Numbered from the stretch's first letter, positions 1 to 11,246 are shown. The stretch: DNA of 64,000 nucleotides from Promethearchaeota archaeon (GCA_048940925.1 JBHLOC010000024.1:1-64000); one strand, 5' to 3'. The notes: generated by a model from the sequence alone, not told the origin. Numbers and translations are program-made.

Positions 1-527
1 TCTACGGGTAAAGATTCTCCTGTTAATACAGATTCATCTACCTGTAAATAATTTCCATTTATAAGTTTAATATCAGCGGGTATAATATCCCCCAATCTTA
101 CACGAACAATATCTCCAGGTACAATATCTTTTGCAAATAATTCTCTCCATTCTCCATCACGTAATACTCGAGCTTTGAGAGCTAATTTCTGCTTTAACAA
201 TTCGACTGCATTATCTGCTTTAAATTCTTCCCAAAATCTCACAATAGCATTTATAAGTAACATTGCTATTATTATAGCAAAATCATCATATTCTTCTATA
301 ACCAAAGAAAGTATTGCAGCGATTTCAATCATCCAAGGAATGGGTCCCCAAAAATTTCTCAAGAATTTTAAAAAAAGACTTTCCTTTTTTTCGGGAATTT
401 CATTTGGACCATACTTTTGAAGACGATTTAATGCTTCTGAACTTGAGAGTCCATTTTCATTTGTTGCTAACTTTTCATAAAGGTTATCAATCGATGTTTT
501 TTTTGCTTCCTCAATACTTAAAGTCAT
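1..527 (-). CDS. P-type (P3A) plasma-membrane-type H+-ATPase, copy 2 (5' part; runs off window edge)
   Basis: Not in ORF track. ATG at 525-527 reads MTLSIEEAKK...FWGPIPWMIE...DIVPGDIV...DESVLTGESLPV, a close paralogue of 675..3131. Confidence 0.93.
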   Translation of the reverse strand, partial: MTLSIEEAKKTSIDNLYEKLATNENGLSSSEALNRLQKYGPNEIPEKKESLFLKFLRNFWGPIPWMIEIAAILSLVIEEYDDFAIIIAMLLINAIVRFWEEFKADNAVELLKQKLALKARVLRDGEWRELFAKDIVPGDIVRVRLGDIIPADIKLINGNYLQVDESVLTGESLPV

Positions 528-674
528 ATCATCCTTATAATTAATAGAACTTTTTAATCATTTCTTTTATATTTTAAGTTATTAAAATCAAGAAAGGTAT
601 AAACTAAATAATCGAATAAAGAGAATTGTTTGTCTTATAATATAAACAAAAAAAAAAAAATTTAAATTTAAAAT

Positions 675-3131
675 TTAAAACATCCTGCCTCTTTTTCGCA
701 AAAACTTATAGAAATAATATTTAATGAAATCTGTTATTAAAAACCATATAAAGGCATATACTAACACGAATATAACATATACCCAATCTAATCGTGGAAG
801 TAGAATTCCAAAGAGAACAAAGATTACTGCTAAAATTTGAGTAGTTGTAGTTGCTAAGAATAATAATTTTGCCGGTCTTCGCTCCCAGAAATGACCTTTA
901 GTTCGTGCTACGTACACAGTCAGCGATGCTGCAACAGATAATTTTAGAAAAATAAACGCCTGGATGGGACCGCCTTGCTCGGGTGAAAAACCAAAGACAG
1001 TAAGTCCAATATAATACAATGAGAATGAGGCTACTACTCCAATAACGCCGAGAATAGTACTGATCATTAACATAACACTCATATTCCAGCGTTCTGGTTT
1101 TTTAGAGTATCCCACATTATCAACTGCGATAGTCATAATAGGAGCATCATTTAAGAGGGCTAACAATACAATCATAAGAGCAGTTACAGGATAAAAACGA
1201 ATAATTACAATCGATAGGGTGATGAAAATAATTACACGAATTGTTTCTGAGATTCTATATATTGAATAATTAAGCATTCGGTGGAAAATTTTACGACTTT
1301 CTATTGTACCATCAATTATAACCGATAAACCTGGTTTTGTGAAAGTTATTTCTGCAGCCGATTTTGCAGCATCCGTCGCATTCGAAACAGCAATACCAAC
1401 ATCTGCTTTCTTCAAGGCAGGAGCATCATTAACTCCATCTCCAGTCATTCCCACAATATGATCTTTCTTTTGTAACAATTCTACAATTCGATATTTATGT
1501 TCAGGAAAAACTTGAGCAAATCCATCAGCTTCTTCAACGACTTTTTCAGCTTCATCATCAGGCTTATCAAGAAAAGCTGATACAGGTTTTATATTCGTAC
1601 CTAATCCTAAACTTAATGCTGTTTCTTTGGCAATTGCGACATGGTCTCCTGTTACCATTTTAACATTCATACCCATATCTTGGGCAGTTTTAATTGTCTC
1701 AGCAGAATCTTCTCGAGGAGGATCGAATAATCCTATAAGGCCAATAAATTGAAAGTCTTCTTTCCCATTTGAAGTTTTTGCGACCCCTAAAGCACGATAA
1801 CCTTTTGAAGCATACTCATCAACAAATTTATTTACTTCCATTTCTACAGCGTCTTTATTAACTGAAAGCGATAAAATTACTTGAGGTGCTCCTTTTATCA
1901 CATTAATGGATTTTCCTGTAGTGTCTTGTACCAATACTTCAGTGCGTTTTATAACAGGATCGAATGGTGTGAACTTTTCCACAGTGTAACCTTTAATTAT
2001 TTTACTAAGATCCTCATAATCTTTACCCTTAACAATAATTGCATTATCAATTGGATCTTGATCTTCTTCTCTAGATGCGAGAATTCCATTTAATATAACA
2101 TCTTCTTCATTACTATCTCCGAATGACTTGATAGTAGCAACAGATATCTCATTTTTAGTGAGGGTTCCCGTTTTATCTGAGCATAGTATCTCAACACCAG
2201 CTAATTCTTCTATAGAAATTAACTTGCTAACTATTGCATTCTTTTTTGCCATATTAATAGCTCCGATCGCCATAGTAACTGATAGAACTGCCGGCAGTGC
2301 GACAGGAATAGACGCTACAACTAGTACTAAGATAAACTCAAGAAGATCAAAAAAGCTGGTTTCAGGATTTAACACTGAAACAATTATAATAATTCCAACC
2401 ATACATAAAGCAAAAATAATTAAAAAGTTCCCTATTTTTACTACAGCTTTCTGAAAATGGCTATGAGTTTTGGCTTTTTCTACTAATTCTGTTGTTTTTC
2501 CAAAATAAGTCTTCATACCAGTACTAACTACTATTCCATCCATCTCTCCTTGTTTAACGATAGAACCAGAATAACCTATATCACTTACATGTTTTTCAAC
2601 TGGTAATGATTCACCAGTTAACGCAGATTCATCTATCTGTAAATAATCCCCTTTTATTAACTTTAAATCTCCAGGAATAATATCACCTAATCGTATACGA
2701 ATAATATCTCCTGGTACTAACTCCTTTGCAGGCACAGTATGCCATACTCCATCACGTAAAACTCGTGCTTTAACAGCCAATTTACTCTTTAAAAGTTCGA
2801 TGGCGTTATCTGCTTTATTTTCTTCCCAGAATCTTACAACTCCATTAACCATCAGTAAAATAAGTATAATCCAAAAATCTTCCCAGTGTCCTATAATTGC
2901 TGAAAGAACAATAGCAACTTCAATCATCCATGGAATTGGACCCCAAAAATTTTTTAAAAATTTTATAACAGGATTTACTTTTTTCTCAGGGATTTCATTA
3001 TAGCCAAATCTTTCTAATCTCTCTTTAGCCTCATTTTCATTTAAACCGTTTTTACTTGCTTTAAGTTGTGAATATACTTCGTCTACACTAAACTTTTTTA
3101 CTTTTTCAGTAGTTAAAATATTATTAACCAT
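675..3131 (-). CDS. P-type (P3A) plasma-membrane-type H+-ATPase
   Basis: TGES, DKTGTLT, KGAP and MTGDGVNDAP motifs; P3A-type IPVALP (TM4) and ALLND (TM6). Confidence 0.95.
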   Translation of the reverse strand: MVNNILTTEKVKKFSVDEVYSQLKASKNGLNENEAKERLERFGYNEIPEKKVNPVIKFLKNFWGPIPWMIEVAIVLSAIIGHWEDFWIILILLMVNGVVRFWEENKADNAIELLKSKLAVKARVLRDGVWHTVPAKELVPGDIIRIRLGDIIPGDLKLIKGDYLQIDESALTGESLPVEKHVSDIGYSGSIVKQGEMDGIVVSTGMKTYFGKTTELVEKAKTHSHFQKAVVKIGNFLIIFALCMVGIIIIVSVLNPETSFFDLLEFILVLVVASIPVALPAVLSVTMAIGAINMAKKNAIVSKLISIEELAGVEILCSDKTGTLTKNEISVATIKSFGDSNEEDVILNGILASREEDQDPIDNAIIVKGKDYEDLSKIIKGYTVEKFTPFDPVIKRTEVLVQDTTGKSINVIKGAPQVILSLSVNKDAVEMEVNKFVDEYASKGYRALGVAKTSNGKEDFQFIGLIGLFDPPREDSAETIKTAQDMGMNVKMVTGDHVAIAKETALSLGLGTNIKPVSAFLDKPDDEAEKVVEEADGFAQVFPEHKYRIVELLQKKDHIVGMTGDGVNDAPALKKADVGIAVSNATDAAKSAAEITFTKPGLSVIIDGTIESRKIFHRMLNYSIYRISETIRVIIFITLSIVIIRFYPVTALMIVLLALLNDAPIMTIAVDNVGYSKKPERWNMSVMLMISTILGVIGVVASFSLYYIGLTVFGFSPEQGGPIQAFIFLKLSVAASLTVYVARTKGHFWERRPAKLLFLATTTTQILAVIFVLFGILLPRLDWVYVIFVLVYAFIWFLITDFIKYYFYKFLRKRGRMF

Positions 3132-3493
3132 ATATTACACCAAGTTAATTTACGATTTGTAAATTCTCTATTTTGATTAGAAAAATATTAAAAATACTAG
3201 GTGTTAAAGATACAAGACACTTTATAAATATTTTTTATAAATTTTATAAATAAGTGTAAAAAAAATATATGAAGATTCTTCTATTGAATTATTTATCCAA
3301 TTTTAGTATGATTTTTTCATTTTAATTCCATTTTATATTTGCTGATAAAAAATTCTCCCAAACTTTATTAAAACAATAATTTCTTCAAACCTTTCTTCAA
3401 TAAGTATACTTTTATTTTATTAGAAAAAAAATTATGATAATGTAAAACATATTCTTATAAATTTTTAAATATTAATTTAAAAACAGTTAAACT

Positions 3494-5203
3494 CTAAGAA
3501 ATCTTACTTTTCCACATTGGTTGTTTTTCTAATTTATAAGATTTCAAAGCATATTCTTCCATCATGCGATTTGTATTAAAATAAGCACCTAACTTTATTG
3601 CATATTTCATTCTTTCTTGCCACTCACTCTTATTTTTGTAAAATAGAGGTATTATTTCTTTTTCTAATTTAGAATATAAATCTTCGGCATCAAGAGAATC
3701 ATCTACAATTTGTGCTTTTGGATCAGTAGGTTCAGGACCTATCGCCCATCCTGCCTTCTTATCAGACATATAATAACCCTCTATCCACCATCCATCTAAT
3801 GTAGAAAAGTTTAGTACCCCATTGATAGCGGCTTTCATTCCACTTGTCCCACTTGCCTCTAAATATCTTCTAGGATTATTTAACCATAAATCAACTCCAC
3901 TCACCAATAATTTAGCTAATGAAATTTCATAATTTCCTAAAAATACAAGCCCTATGCCATATGAATTCCATAAATAATTACTATATTCATAAATTTTTTT
4001 TATATAATCTTTAGATTGCAAATCAGCAGGATGAGCTTTTCCAGCAAAAATTAATTGTGCTTTTTTCTTGATAATTTTAGCTAGTCGTTCAAGATCATTG
4101 AAAATTAATAGAGGTCGTTTATATTCAGCTATTCTCCGGCAAAATCCTATTGTTAATAAGCGTTTATCAAATAGAATCCATGAGTGCGAATTTTCATATT
4201 GAATAAGACGATTTTTTGCTTTATTATGCACTCTCCACAACTCGTAACTATCTAAATCTAAAGCTTTTTCAAATAGATTTAAGTTATGGTGCCAATCTCT
4301 TGTTAATTCCTCATTAAAAAAATTTCTCATATATGGAGATAACCAATATCCTACATGAACTCCATTTGTTATAGGATTAATTTTATAGTTCGGAAACATT
4401 TTATTTGAGACTTCAGAATGTTTTTTTGAAACTGCATTAATATAACCACTTGCGTTTAAAGCTAAGATGGTCATATTTAGTGCATTTTTTCCCGCAAATT
4501 CATGGATTTGATCTGGTAAGCGATTTCGAAAGACATCATTTACTAAGTTATAATTAAATTCCTCAAGTCCTGCCCTTACAGGAGTATGAGTTGTAAATAC
4601 ACAGTGTTTTTTTACTTCCTCTAAATTTTTATATTTCTTTAAAAGTTCAAAAATTAAAAAAGCTGCATGCCCTTCATTAAGATGATAGGTTTTTATGTTA
4701 TAATATCCAAGTCTTTCTAACATTCTATATCCACAAATACCAAGAACCATCTCTTGAGCTATTCGCTGAAATGGATTTGCGTCATATAGCATATGAGTTA
4801 ATTTTCTCTGCCATAGCTCATTTTCATCAAGATCAGTGTCTAACAATATTACTGGTATTTTATGACCGTTTCTACCTACAATTTCATACTTCCAAGCTTC
4901 AACGTGAAATGATTTATCTTGTAGTTCAAGAGTTACTTTTTGATCAATTTTTTCAAAATCATCGCTAAAATCCCATTCCATTTCTTTTTCGACTTGTTCA
5001 CCATTTGAACCAAATTGTTGATAAAAATAACCTGCATCGTATGTTAATGTTATAGCAATTATTGGTAACCCCATATCACTTGCAGATCGAAGGGCATCTC
5101 CCGCTAAAATACCTAATCCTCCAGAATAAATAGGAAGACTACTCTCTAAAGCGATTTCCATAGAAAAATACGCAATTTCTTGATTTTTTTTATCCTCTTT
5201 AAT
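3494..5203 (-). CDS. glgP: alpha-glucan (glycogen) phosphorylase
   Basis: YSGGLG, NEGH, TNGVH, EASGTSGMK (PLP lysine) and DGWW. The conserved IAYFSME lies upstream of the track ATG (5161). An in-frame stop at 5207-5209 leaves ATT at 5203 as the likely start. Confidence 0.93.
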   Translation of the reverse strand: MKEDKKNQEIAYFSMEIALESSLPIYSGGLGILAGDALRSASDMGLPIIAITLTYDAGYFYQQFGSNGEQVEKEMEWDFSDDFEKIDQKVTLELQDKSFHVEAWKYEIVGRNGHKIPVILLDTDLDENELWQRKLTHMLYDANPFQRIAQEMVLGICGYRMLERLGYYNIKTYHLNEGHAAFLIFELLKKYKNLEEVKKHCVFTTHTPVRAGLEEFNYNLVNDVFRNRLPDQIHEFAGKNALNMTILALNASGYINAVSKKHSEVSNKMFPNYKINPITNGVHVGYWLSPYMRNFFNEELTRDWHHNLNLFEKALDLDSYELWRVHNKAKNRLIQYENSHSWILFDKRLLTIGFCRRIAEYKRPLLIFNDLERLAKIIKKKAQLIFAGKAHPADLQSKDYIKKIYEYSNYLWNSYGIGLVFLGNYEISLAKLLVSGVDLWLNNPRRYLEASGTSGMKAAINGVLNFSTLDGWWIEGYYMSDKKAGWAIGPEPTDPKAQIVDDSLDAEDLYSKLEKEIIPLFYKNKSEWQERMKYAIKLGAYFNTNRMMEEYALKSYKLEKQPMWKSKIS

Positions 5204-5559
5204 TTTTTAATTGCACCCTAGTCGCTGTTTAGTTGATAATGTGTAATATTGTTTTTAATATTATAAGGATATCCCTTAAAAAACATTAATTTTAAAAACC
5301 TTTATTACGGGAATTTTTAAAACATGATTATTATATTTATTTTTTATAATAAATCAGTAGGACATATCAAAAAGGATTTTTCATCAAAATCATAATTATT
5401 GTAGCCTTTTAGTCAAATCTAGACTGTCACTTGAAAAATAATTAACATCAAAGAAATATCAATTATTAGATTATTTTATCTTTATAAAATTTTATAGAAA
5501 TCTTTAAAAGGGAAATTATCTGAATGACAATAAAAATAAATTTGAGATTGTAATAAACA

Positions 5560-7659
5560 ATGACAGAAGATTTTAACTTAAATAATGTAAGTATTCATAT
5601 CGCTTTATTATATTGGATATTTTTTATTTTAGTAATTATACTTTCTATTCTTGGATTATTTTATATATTATGGATTATGAGAAAGCTGTCAAAATTAGAT
5701 GATGGATCTGAAGATATGGTAAAAATACATGATTTAATAAAACTAGGGTCTAATGCTTATCTTAAAAGACAATTTAAGACAATTAGCATAGTTTTAATAA
5801 TACTTTCTGGTTTACTTTTTATTTTTGATATACCACTAGCAATTTCTTTTATAATTGGTGCAGTAACATCTCTGATTGCTAGTTATATCAGTATGGTTGC
5901 GTCAACTCTATCAAATGTTAAAGTGACACAAGCATGTAAAAGTGACTTGAATAGCGCTTTAAAAATAGGATTTAATGCAGGATTGATTATTGGCGTTTCA
6001 GTAATATCTATTTCTTTATTAGGAATTAGTATATTGTACATTATATTTAATTTCAGTATTCAAAATATTGTTGGTTTTGCATTTGGAGCCTCCTTCTCAG
6101 CACTCTTTGCTCAATTAGGGGGTGGAATATATACAAAAGGAGCAGATATTGGAGCGGACTTAGTAGGAAAATTAGAACATGGATTACCTGAAGATGATAT
6201 AAGAAATCCTGCAGCAATAGCTGATAATGTTGGAGATAATGTTGGAGATTGCGCAGGAAGAGGTGCAGATCTCTACGAGTCATCTTCAGCAAATAATATT
6301 GCTGCTATAATAATCGGAGTAACATTAAGCGCAATTACCAACAATCCCTTGTTCATTATATTTTCTCTAATCACAAGAGCTCTTGGTAATTTTGCTGGCA
6401 TATTTGCAGGATATTTTGTAAATGTTAGAGAAAAGGATAAATCCCCTATAGCAGCATTCGCTAGAAGCTTAATTGCTACAGCGGTGATTAATGTAATTTT
6501 CTTTTTAATATTGACATTGATTTGTTTTCCGAAAGGTTGGGGATTTTTATTCGTTTGCTCCGTACTAGGAATATTATTAGGATTATCAACTTATACCCTA
6601 GTAGATTATTATACTTCTTCAAGATATAGACCAGTAAAAAATGTAATAAAAAGTTCAGAAACTGGTGCTGCTACCAACGTAATAAGTGGTTTTTCTTTAG
6701 GTCTAGAATCACCTACAATACCAGTAATCTCATTTGTTATAGGAATTATTATAACTTTTCTCCTTGGCGAACAATATGGTAAAGTGAACAATTTTAATCC
6801 ATACTTAGGAGGAGTATTTGGGATAACTGTTGCGACAATGGGTTTATTGTCAATTACAACCATAATTTTGGCTTTTGATGGCTTTGGTCCAGTATCTGAT
6901 AATGCTGCTGGAATAGCAGAAATGTCACATCAAGGAGAAGAAGTACGATATAATTTAGATAAATTAGATGCCGTGGGTAATACAACTAAAGCATTAGCAA
7001 AGGGTTTTGGCATCACTTGTGCTGCATTATCCGCTATAATATTATTTGAAGCGTATTTAGAAGAAATTAAGACAATTGATGTTAATATATATCATCCTGT
7101 AATTTTATGTGCATTATTGATAGGAGCAGTGATACCTTTTATTTTTTCCGCATTTGCAATTAGATCTGCAGGAGTAGCAGCATATGGCATGATTAAAGAA
7201 ATTCAACGACAATTTAAAGAAGATCCCGGAATACTTGAGAATAAATCATTACCGAACTATGAAAAATGTATTGATACTGGTACAAAAGTAGCTTTAAAAC
7301 AAATGATTTTTCCTGCATTACTACCTACTTTAACGCCTCTCATTCTTGGTTTTTTATTTGGTCCTGTCGCATTAGCTGCATTTTTAATATCTGGAACAAT
7401 ATCTGGGATAATTTTAGGATTTGTTTTGAATACTGGTGGAGGGGCTCTTGACAATACTAAAAAAGCAATTGAAGGAGGTCTTTTAGGAGGAAAGGGCTCT
7501 GAAGCTCATTCTGCTTCCATCGTTGGAGATACTTTCGGTGATCCGTTAAAAGACACTGCTGGGCCATCTCTCCATATTCTTGTTAAAGTAATAAATACTG
7601 TTTCAATAGCTTTTGCTCCTATTTTTCTAAGTTTTCCAGCATTGATAATTTTAGCTTAA
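5560..7659 (+). CDS. hppA: membrane H+-translocating pyrophosphatase, probably K+-independent
   Basis: GGIYTKGADIGADLVGK, EDDIRNP, DNVGDNVGD and GDTFGDPLKDTAGP; GNTTKA has Lys at the K+-dependence position. Confidence 0.95.
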   Translation: MTEDFNLNNVSIHIALLYWIFFILVIILSILGLFYILWIMRKLSKLDDGSEDMVKIHDLIKLGSNAYLKRQFKTISIVLIILSGLLFIFDIPLAISFIIGAVTSLIASYISMVASTLSNVKVTQACKSDLNSALKIGFNAGLIIGVSVISISLLGISILYIIFNFSIQNIVGFAFGASFSALFAQLGGGIYTKGADIGADLVGKLEHGLPEDDIRNPAAIADNVGDNVGDCAGRGADLYESSSANNIAAIIIGVTLSAITNNPLFIIFSLITRALGNFAGIFAGYFVNVREKDKSPIAAFARSLIATAVINVIFFLILTLICFPKGWGFLFVCSVLGILLGLSTYTLVDYYTSSRYRPVKNVIKSSETGAATNVISGFSLGLESPTIPVISFVIGIIITFLLGEQYGKVNNFNPYLGGVFGITVATMGLLSITTIILAFDGFGPVSDNAAGIAEMSHQGEEVRYNLDKLDAVGNTTKALAKGFGITCAALSAIILFEAYLEEIKTIDVNIYHPVILCALLIGAVIPFIFSAFAIRSAGVAAYGMIKEIQRQFKEDPGILENKSLPNYEKCIDTGTKVALKQMIFPALLPTLTPLILGFLFGPVALAAFLISGTISGIILGFVLNTGGGALDNTKKAIEGGLLGGKGSEAHSASIVGDTFGDPLKDTAGPSLHILVKVINTVSIAFAPIFLSFPALIILA

Positions 7660-7702
7660 AATAAAAAAATATTTTAAAACTTTATAAAGGTGGTGAAAAA
7701 AC

Positions 7703-8341
7703 ATGACAGATAAAATAAAAGATCTATTAATTGAAATGCTCATTGACCATTCAAGAGCTATGTATTCTACCATTTGCGATATGGGAGTATTTTATATAGC
7801 TTGGGTAGAAAATTCAAAAGTCAGTAAAGAGATATTGGAAAAGAAGGCAAACAAATTAAAATTTGATATAGAAAAAGCAACATCGATAAAAAATCAAACA
7901 ATTAAAGATTTTTCTGAAGTATTAACATTAGGATCGGGAGATTGGGTTATATTAATTCAAAAAATGGATAATTTGTCAAATCTAGCATCAAAATTTGTTG
8001 ATTTATTAATATACATTAAATTGAGTGATTTAAATTCTGAAATGAAAAAAATGTATCATAAATCAATCAATACAATATTAGAAATGACAGAATTAATAAA
8101 AGAATCAATTAAATTATTGCGAGAAAACCCAACTAATATAATTTACAATATAAACAAGATTCATGAACTTGGCAACTCAATAGAGATAATATTCCATCAT
8201 TTTCTGAATTATCTTTATAAAGATAAAGAGTTGAATATAAGAAATTTATTGATAATTCGAGATAGTGTTATTACATTAGAACATTTTGTTGATAAAATTA
8301 ATCATATAGCAGAGATCATTAGAGTTTTACACTATGAATAA
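7703..8341 (+). CDS. DUF47/PhoU-like phosphate transport regulator
   Basis: About 210-aa helical bundle with DUF47-like pattern (IHELGN...LEHFVDKI); directly follows hppA. Confidence 0.6.
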   Translation: MTDKIKDLLIEMLIDHSRAMYSTICDMGVFYIAWVENSKVSKEILEKKANKLKFDIEKATSIKNQTIKDFSEVLTLGSGDWVILIQKMDNLSNLASKFVDLLIYIKLSDLNSEMKKMYHKSINTILEMTELIKESIKLLRENPTNIIYNINKIHELGNSIEIIFHHFLNYLYKDKELNIRNLLIIRDSVITLEHFVDKINHIAEIIRVLHYE

Positions 8342-8425
8342 AAAGATAATTATAACTAACCAATCAAATTGAATGAAAAATAGCGGATTTTTCGCTAATA
8401 GTAATGAAAAAATATTACTATTTTT

Positions 8426-8971
8426 TTAATAGATATGAGTCTTATCTAAGATAGTATATATTGTGCTCTTATAAATTTCATGAAAAGCTTCTAGGGGGAT
8501 AATTTGTTTTATTTTTCCTATAAGACTATCAACTACTTCGATATTTATTTCTGGAAACTGTTCAAAAAGATCAGGATCATATTTATGAAGAAAGAATGTA
8601 AACTCTGTCTTTAAATTGAGTTTCTTTAGTTTTTCTATAATTTGTTGTAAAAAATTTAATGTTAATTCATAATTCTTAATGTCTTGGATATCAATCACAT
8701 AAAAGATTTCTTTTGTACCATCGATTAATTCATTAAAATTTTTTAAAAATTCATATCTATCAACTTCTTTTCCTCTAAAGTCCCAGATTTTAAATATTAA
8801 ATTATCCCTCTCAAAAGTAACTATATTAGGACTTTTGCTTTCTTTCAAAGAGATGAAATTAGATAAATTATCTTTTCCAATAACATTTAAGACGATAGAA
8901 GTTTTACCACTTTTTTCTAATCCTAAAACTAAGATTTTCCTCTTTTTTGATTCAATATTAGGTGACATCAT
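8426..8971 (-). CDS. small GTPase, Rag/Gtr- or Arf-like (G domain only)
   Basis: G1 GLEKSGKTS, G3 WDFRG, G4 HKYD, G5 STI. Confidence 0.85.
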   Translation of the reverse strand: MMSPNIESKKRKILVLGLEKSGKTSIVLNVIGKDNLSNFISLKESKSPNIVTFERDNLIFKIWDFRGKEVDRYEFLKNFNELIDGTKEIFYVIDIQDIKNYELTLNFLQQIIEKLKKLNLKTEFTFFLHKYDPDLFEQFPEINIEVVDSLIGKIKQIIPLEAFHEIYKSTIYTILDKTHIY

Positions 8972-9008
8972 TAAATTTAAATTAATGTAGATTCGAAAGT
9001 TGTTTTCC

Positions 9009-9344
9009 TTATTTTAATTTTTCAATATTATCTGAAGTTACTAACTTTTGAAACTTCTTTTTATGTAGTTCAATAACAAATGAGTTAATCGCAGAAATTA
9101 CTCTGAAAATATTATAATTTTTTATAAAATATTTTTTAATACTCCCATTTCGTTTATATAAAATTATACCTGTTTTTTGTAATTGTTTTAATTGTTGAGA
9201 AGTGTAAGACTGACTAATTTGCAAAGAATCTTCGATTTCTTTTGATGTTTTTTCACCATTTTTTAAATATTTAATGATTTCTAATTTATATGGATCACTC
9301 AATATTTTTAGAAATTCTGATGCAGCTTCTGTTAAATCATCCAT
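9009..9344 (-). CDS. ArsR/SmtB-family transcriptional regulator
   Basis: LKILSDPYKLEII...ISQSYTSQQLKQL..GII winged-HTH pattern. Confidence 0.88.
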   Translation of the reverse strand: MDDLTEAASEFLKILSDPYKLEIIKYLKNGEKTSKEIEDSLQISQSYTSQQLKQLQKTGIILYKRNGSIKKYFIKNYNIFRVISAINSFVIELHKKKFQKLVTSDNIEKLK

Positions 9345-9587
9345 CTTTAAATCCCAAGTATCAATTATTCTTAATCTTTAAGAAATAAATTTTTCTAAAC
9401 CATATTCAAATTCTTCTCTATATAAATAATATCATTTATATATTTAAATATAATGAATATATAATATCATGATATCAAAAAATCGCAATATTTAAATATT
9501 ATAATATTATATCTTTATAATAATATACTATAATTATAAAATTTCTAAAAATAATCCGCAACACAAAACAAAAAAATAGGAGAATAA

Positions 9588-10079
9588 GTGATTATGATTA
9601 ATGGAACGTTTATTTTGGATGATATTGATAGAAAAATCGTCCAGTTTATCCAAAGGGATCCTAATTCAACTCATACACAAATAGCTAAAAAAATAAATAG
9701 AAGTCAGCCTACAGTCGGAATGAGAATAAAAAAACTAGAGGAATCTGGAGTATTGCAATTTCAAGCGGGCCTTAATTTGAAAAATATGAATTGCTATCTT
9801 GCTAAGGTAAGCCTACAAACTTGTAACCCTAAACTTATTTCAGAGATATTCAAATCTTGTCCTTATCTGATCCATGGATATAGAGTAAGTGGTGCTTCAA
9901 ACTTTGTTATCATAATTGGCGGTTTTACCTTAAAAGATATAGATAAAACTATAAATTATCATTTTAGAAATAATCCTGAAATCAAAAATGTTAAAACTGA
10001 AATCATTACGGACATAATTAATGAATTTGTCATCCCGATTAATTTAAAGATTGGTACATGTAATTGTCTTAAAAAATAA
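9588..10079 (+). CDS. Lrp/AsnC-family transcriptional regulator
   Basis: LDDIDRKIV...IAKKINRSQPTVGMRIKKLEESGV HTH followed by a RAM-like domain. Confidence 0.9.
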   Translation: MIMINGTFILDDIDRKIVQFIQRDPNSTHTQIAKKINRSQPTVGMRIKKLEESGVLQFQAGLNLKNMNCYLAKVSLQTCNPKLISEIFKSCPYLIHGYRVSGASNFVIIIGGFTLKDIDKTINYHFRNNPEIKNVKTEIITDIINEFVIPINLKIGTCNCLKK

Positions 10080-10308
10080 TAAAATATATATCAAAACATC
10101 TGTCAAAAAAATGGTGTTGGAATCGAAAATTTTTATGGATTATGATAAATCTAAGTCTAACTTCTATATTAACTACTTTATAGAAGATACAAAAACTGTA
10201 GTAGAAATGCCGATAAAAAAAGCTAATATGAATGAAGAAGATTGTATTATTTCGAGCAAATTTGATCTTTCTAATAAAGTATACTTAATTGATATAAATC
10301 AATATTAA
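10051..10308 (+). CDS. small hypothetical protein (true start may be the internal ATG, MVLESK)
   Basis: ORF fills the gap between Lrp and TFB on the same strand; no motif recognised. Confidence 0.4.
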   Translation: MVHVIVLKNNKIYIKTSVKKMVLESKIFMDYDKSKSNFYINYFIEDTKTVVEMPIKKANMNEEDCIISSKFDLSNKVYLIDINQY

Positions 10309-10331
10309 AATGACACTGCTGATTACAAAAA

Positions 10332-11246
10332 ATGGCATTTTTAAGAAGATCTAAAAGTTATGATGAAACTTATTTAGAAGAGAATAAAGAAAATTGTTGT
10401 TTATCTCCAAATATTAATTCATGTGATGGTTATAATGTTTGCATCAATTGTGGTGTAATTAGTTCAAGAATTTTCTCCTATGAACCGAGAAAAAGATATT
10501 TTTTAAATGAAAAAGTTAATTATTGCAATACTGAGCCTGTACGTAATCCATTCGGTCCACGCACTACTTTGAGTGATAATCGAGACTATAAAGGTGGTTA
10601 TTTATCTCCTAAAGCTTCAAATAATTATGATAGATTAGCAAGAATAAATAACGGTTTAATAAGTGGATTTGAAAGAAATTTGTCGATTGCATTTCCAAAA
10701 TTTAATCATATGAAATCCCAATTAAATATCCCAAATTATATCGCTGATGAGGCAATCAGAATTTATTTATCTGCTGCAAAATTAAAATTAACCCTTGGAA
10801 GATCAATTGATGGAATTCTAAGTGTAGCTATATATTGTGCATTGAAACTTTACGGAGTACCCCGATCTATTGAGGAAATTCTTTCCTTATCTCAAGTTTC
10901 AAGAAAAAAATTTATGAATTGTTATAAAGCAGTTTTCAATGAAATAATTCCGTCTATAGAATTGAAACTATCCAATTTTACACCTCAACAATACATAGAG
11001 AGATTTTATGAAGAATTGGAGTTATCTATGAGTTGTCGGAATTTAACGATAGAAGTCATAGAGAAATGTAAAAGAAAAGGATTAAAATTTTCAGGAAAGG
11101 ATCCAAAAGGAATCGCCGCAGCCTCATTATACTTAAGTTCAAAACAAAGTAATGAATTTCGCACTCAAAAACAAATCTGTGATGTTGCTAATGTTTCAGA
11201 AATTACCTTAAGAATGAGATTAAAAGAGATCGTTAGCCTGATTTAA
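10332..11246 (+). CDS. tfb: transcription initiation factor B paralogue
   Basis: N-terminal Zn ribbon (CC...CINCG), cyclin repeats (GRSIDG, GKDPKGIAAASLY) and C-terminal HTH TQKQICDVANVSEITLR. Confidence 0.93.
   Translation: MAFLRRSKSYDETYLEENKENCCLSPNINSCDGYNVCINCGVISSRIFSYEPRKRYFLNEKVNYCNTEPVRNPFGPRTTLSDNRDYKGGYLSPKASNNYDRLARINNGLISGFERNLSIAFPKFNHMKSQLNIPNYIADEAIRIYLSAAKLKLTLGRSIDGILSVAIYCALKLYGVPRSIEEILSLSQVSRKKFMNCYKAVFNEIIPSIELKLSNFTPQQYIERFYEELELSMSCRNLTIEVIEKCKRKGLKFSGKDPKGIAAASLYLSSKQSNEFRTQKQICDVANVSEITLRMRLKEIVSLI

Noticed and set aside
175-3003. Plus-strand short ORFs (175..420, 314..544, 1881..2093, 2128..2454, 2800..3003), two of which resemble each other
   Set aside because: Antisense shadows of the two paralogous H+-ATPase genes; their similarity reflects that paralogy.
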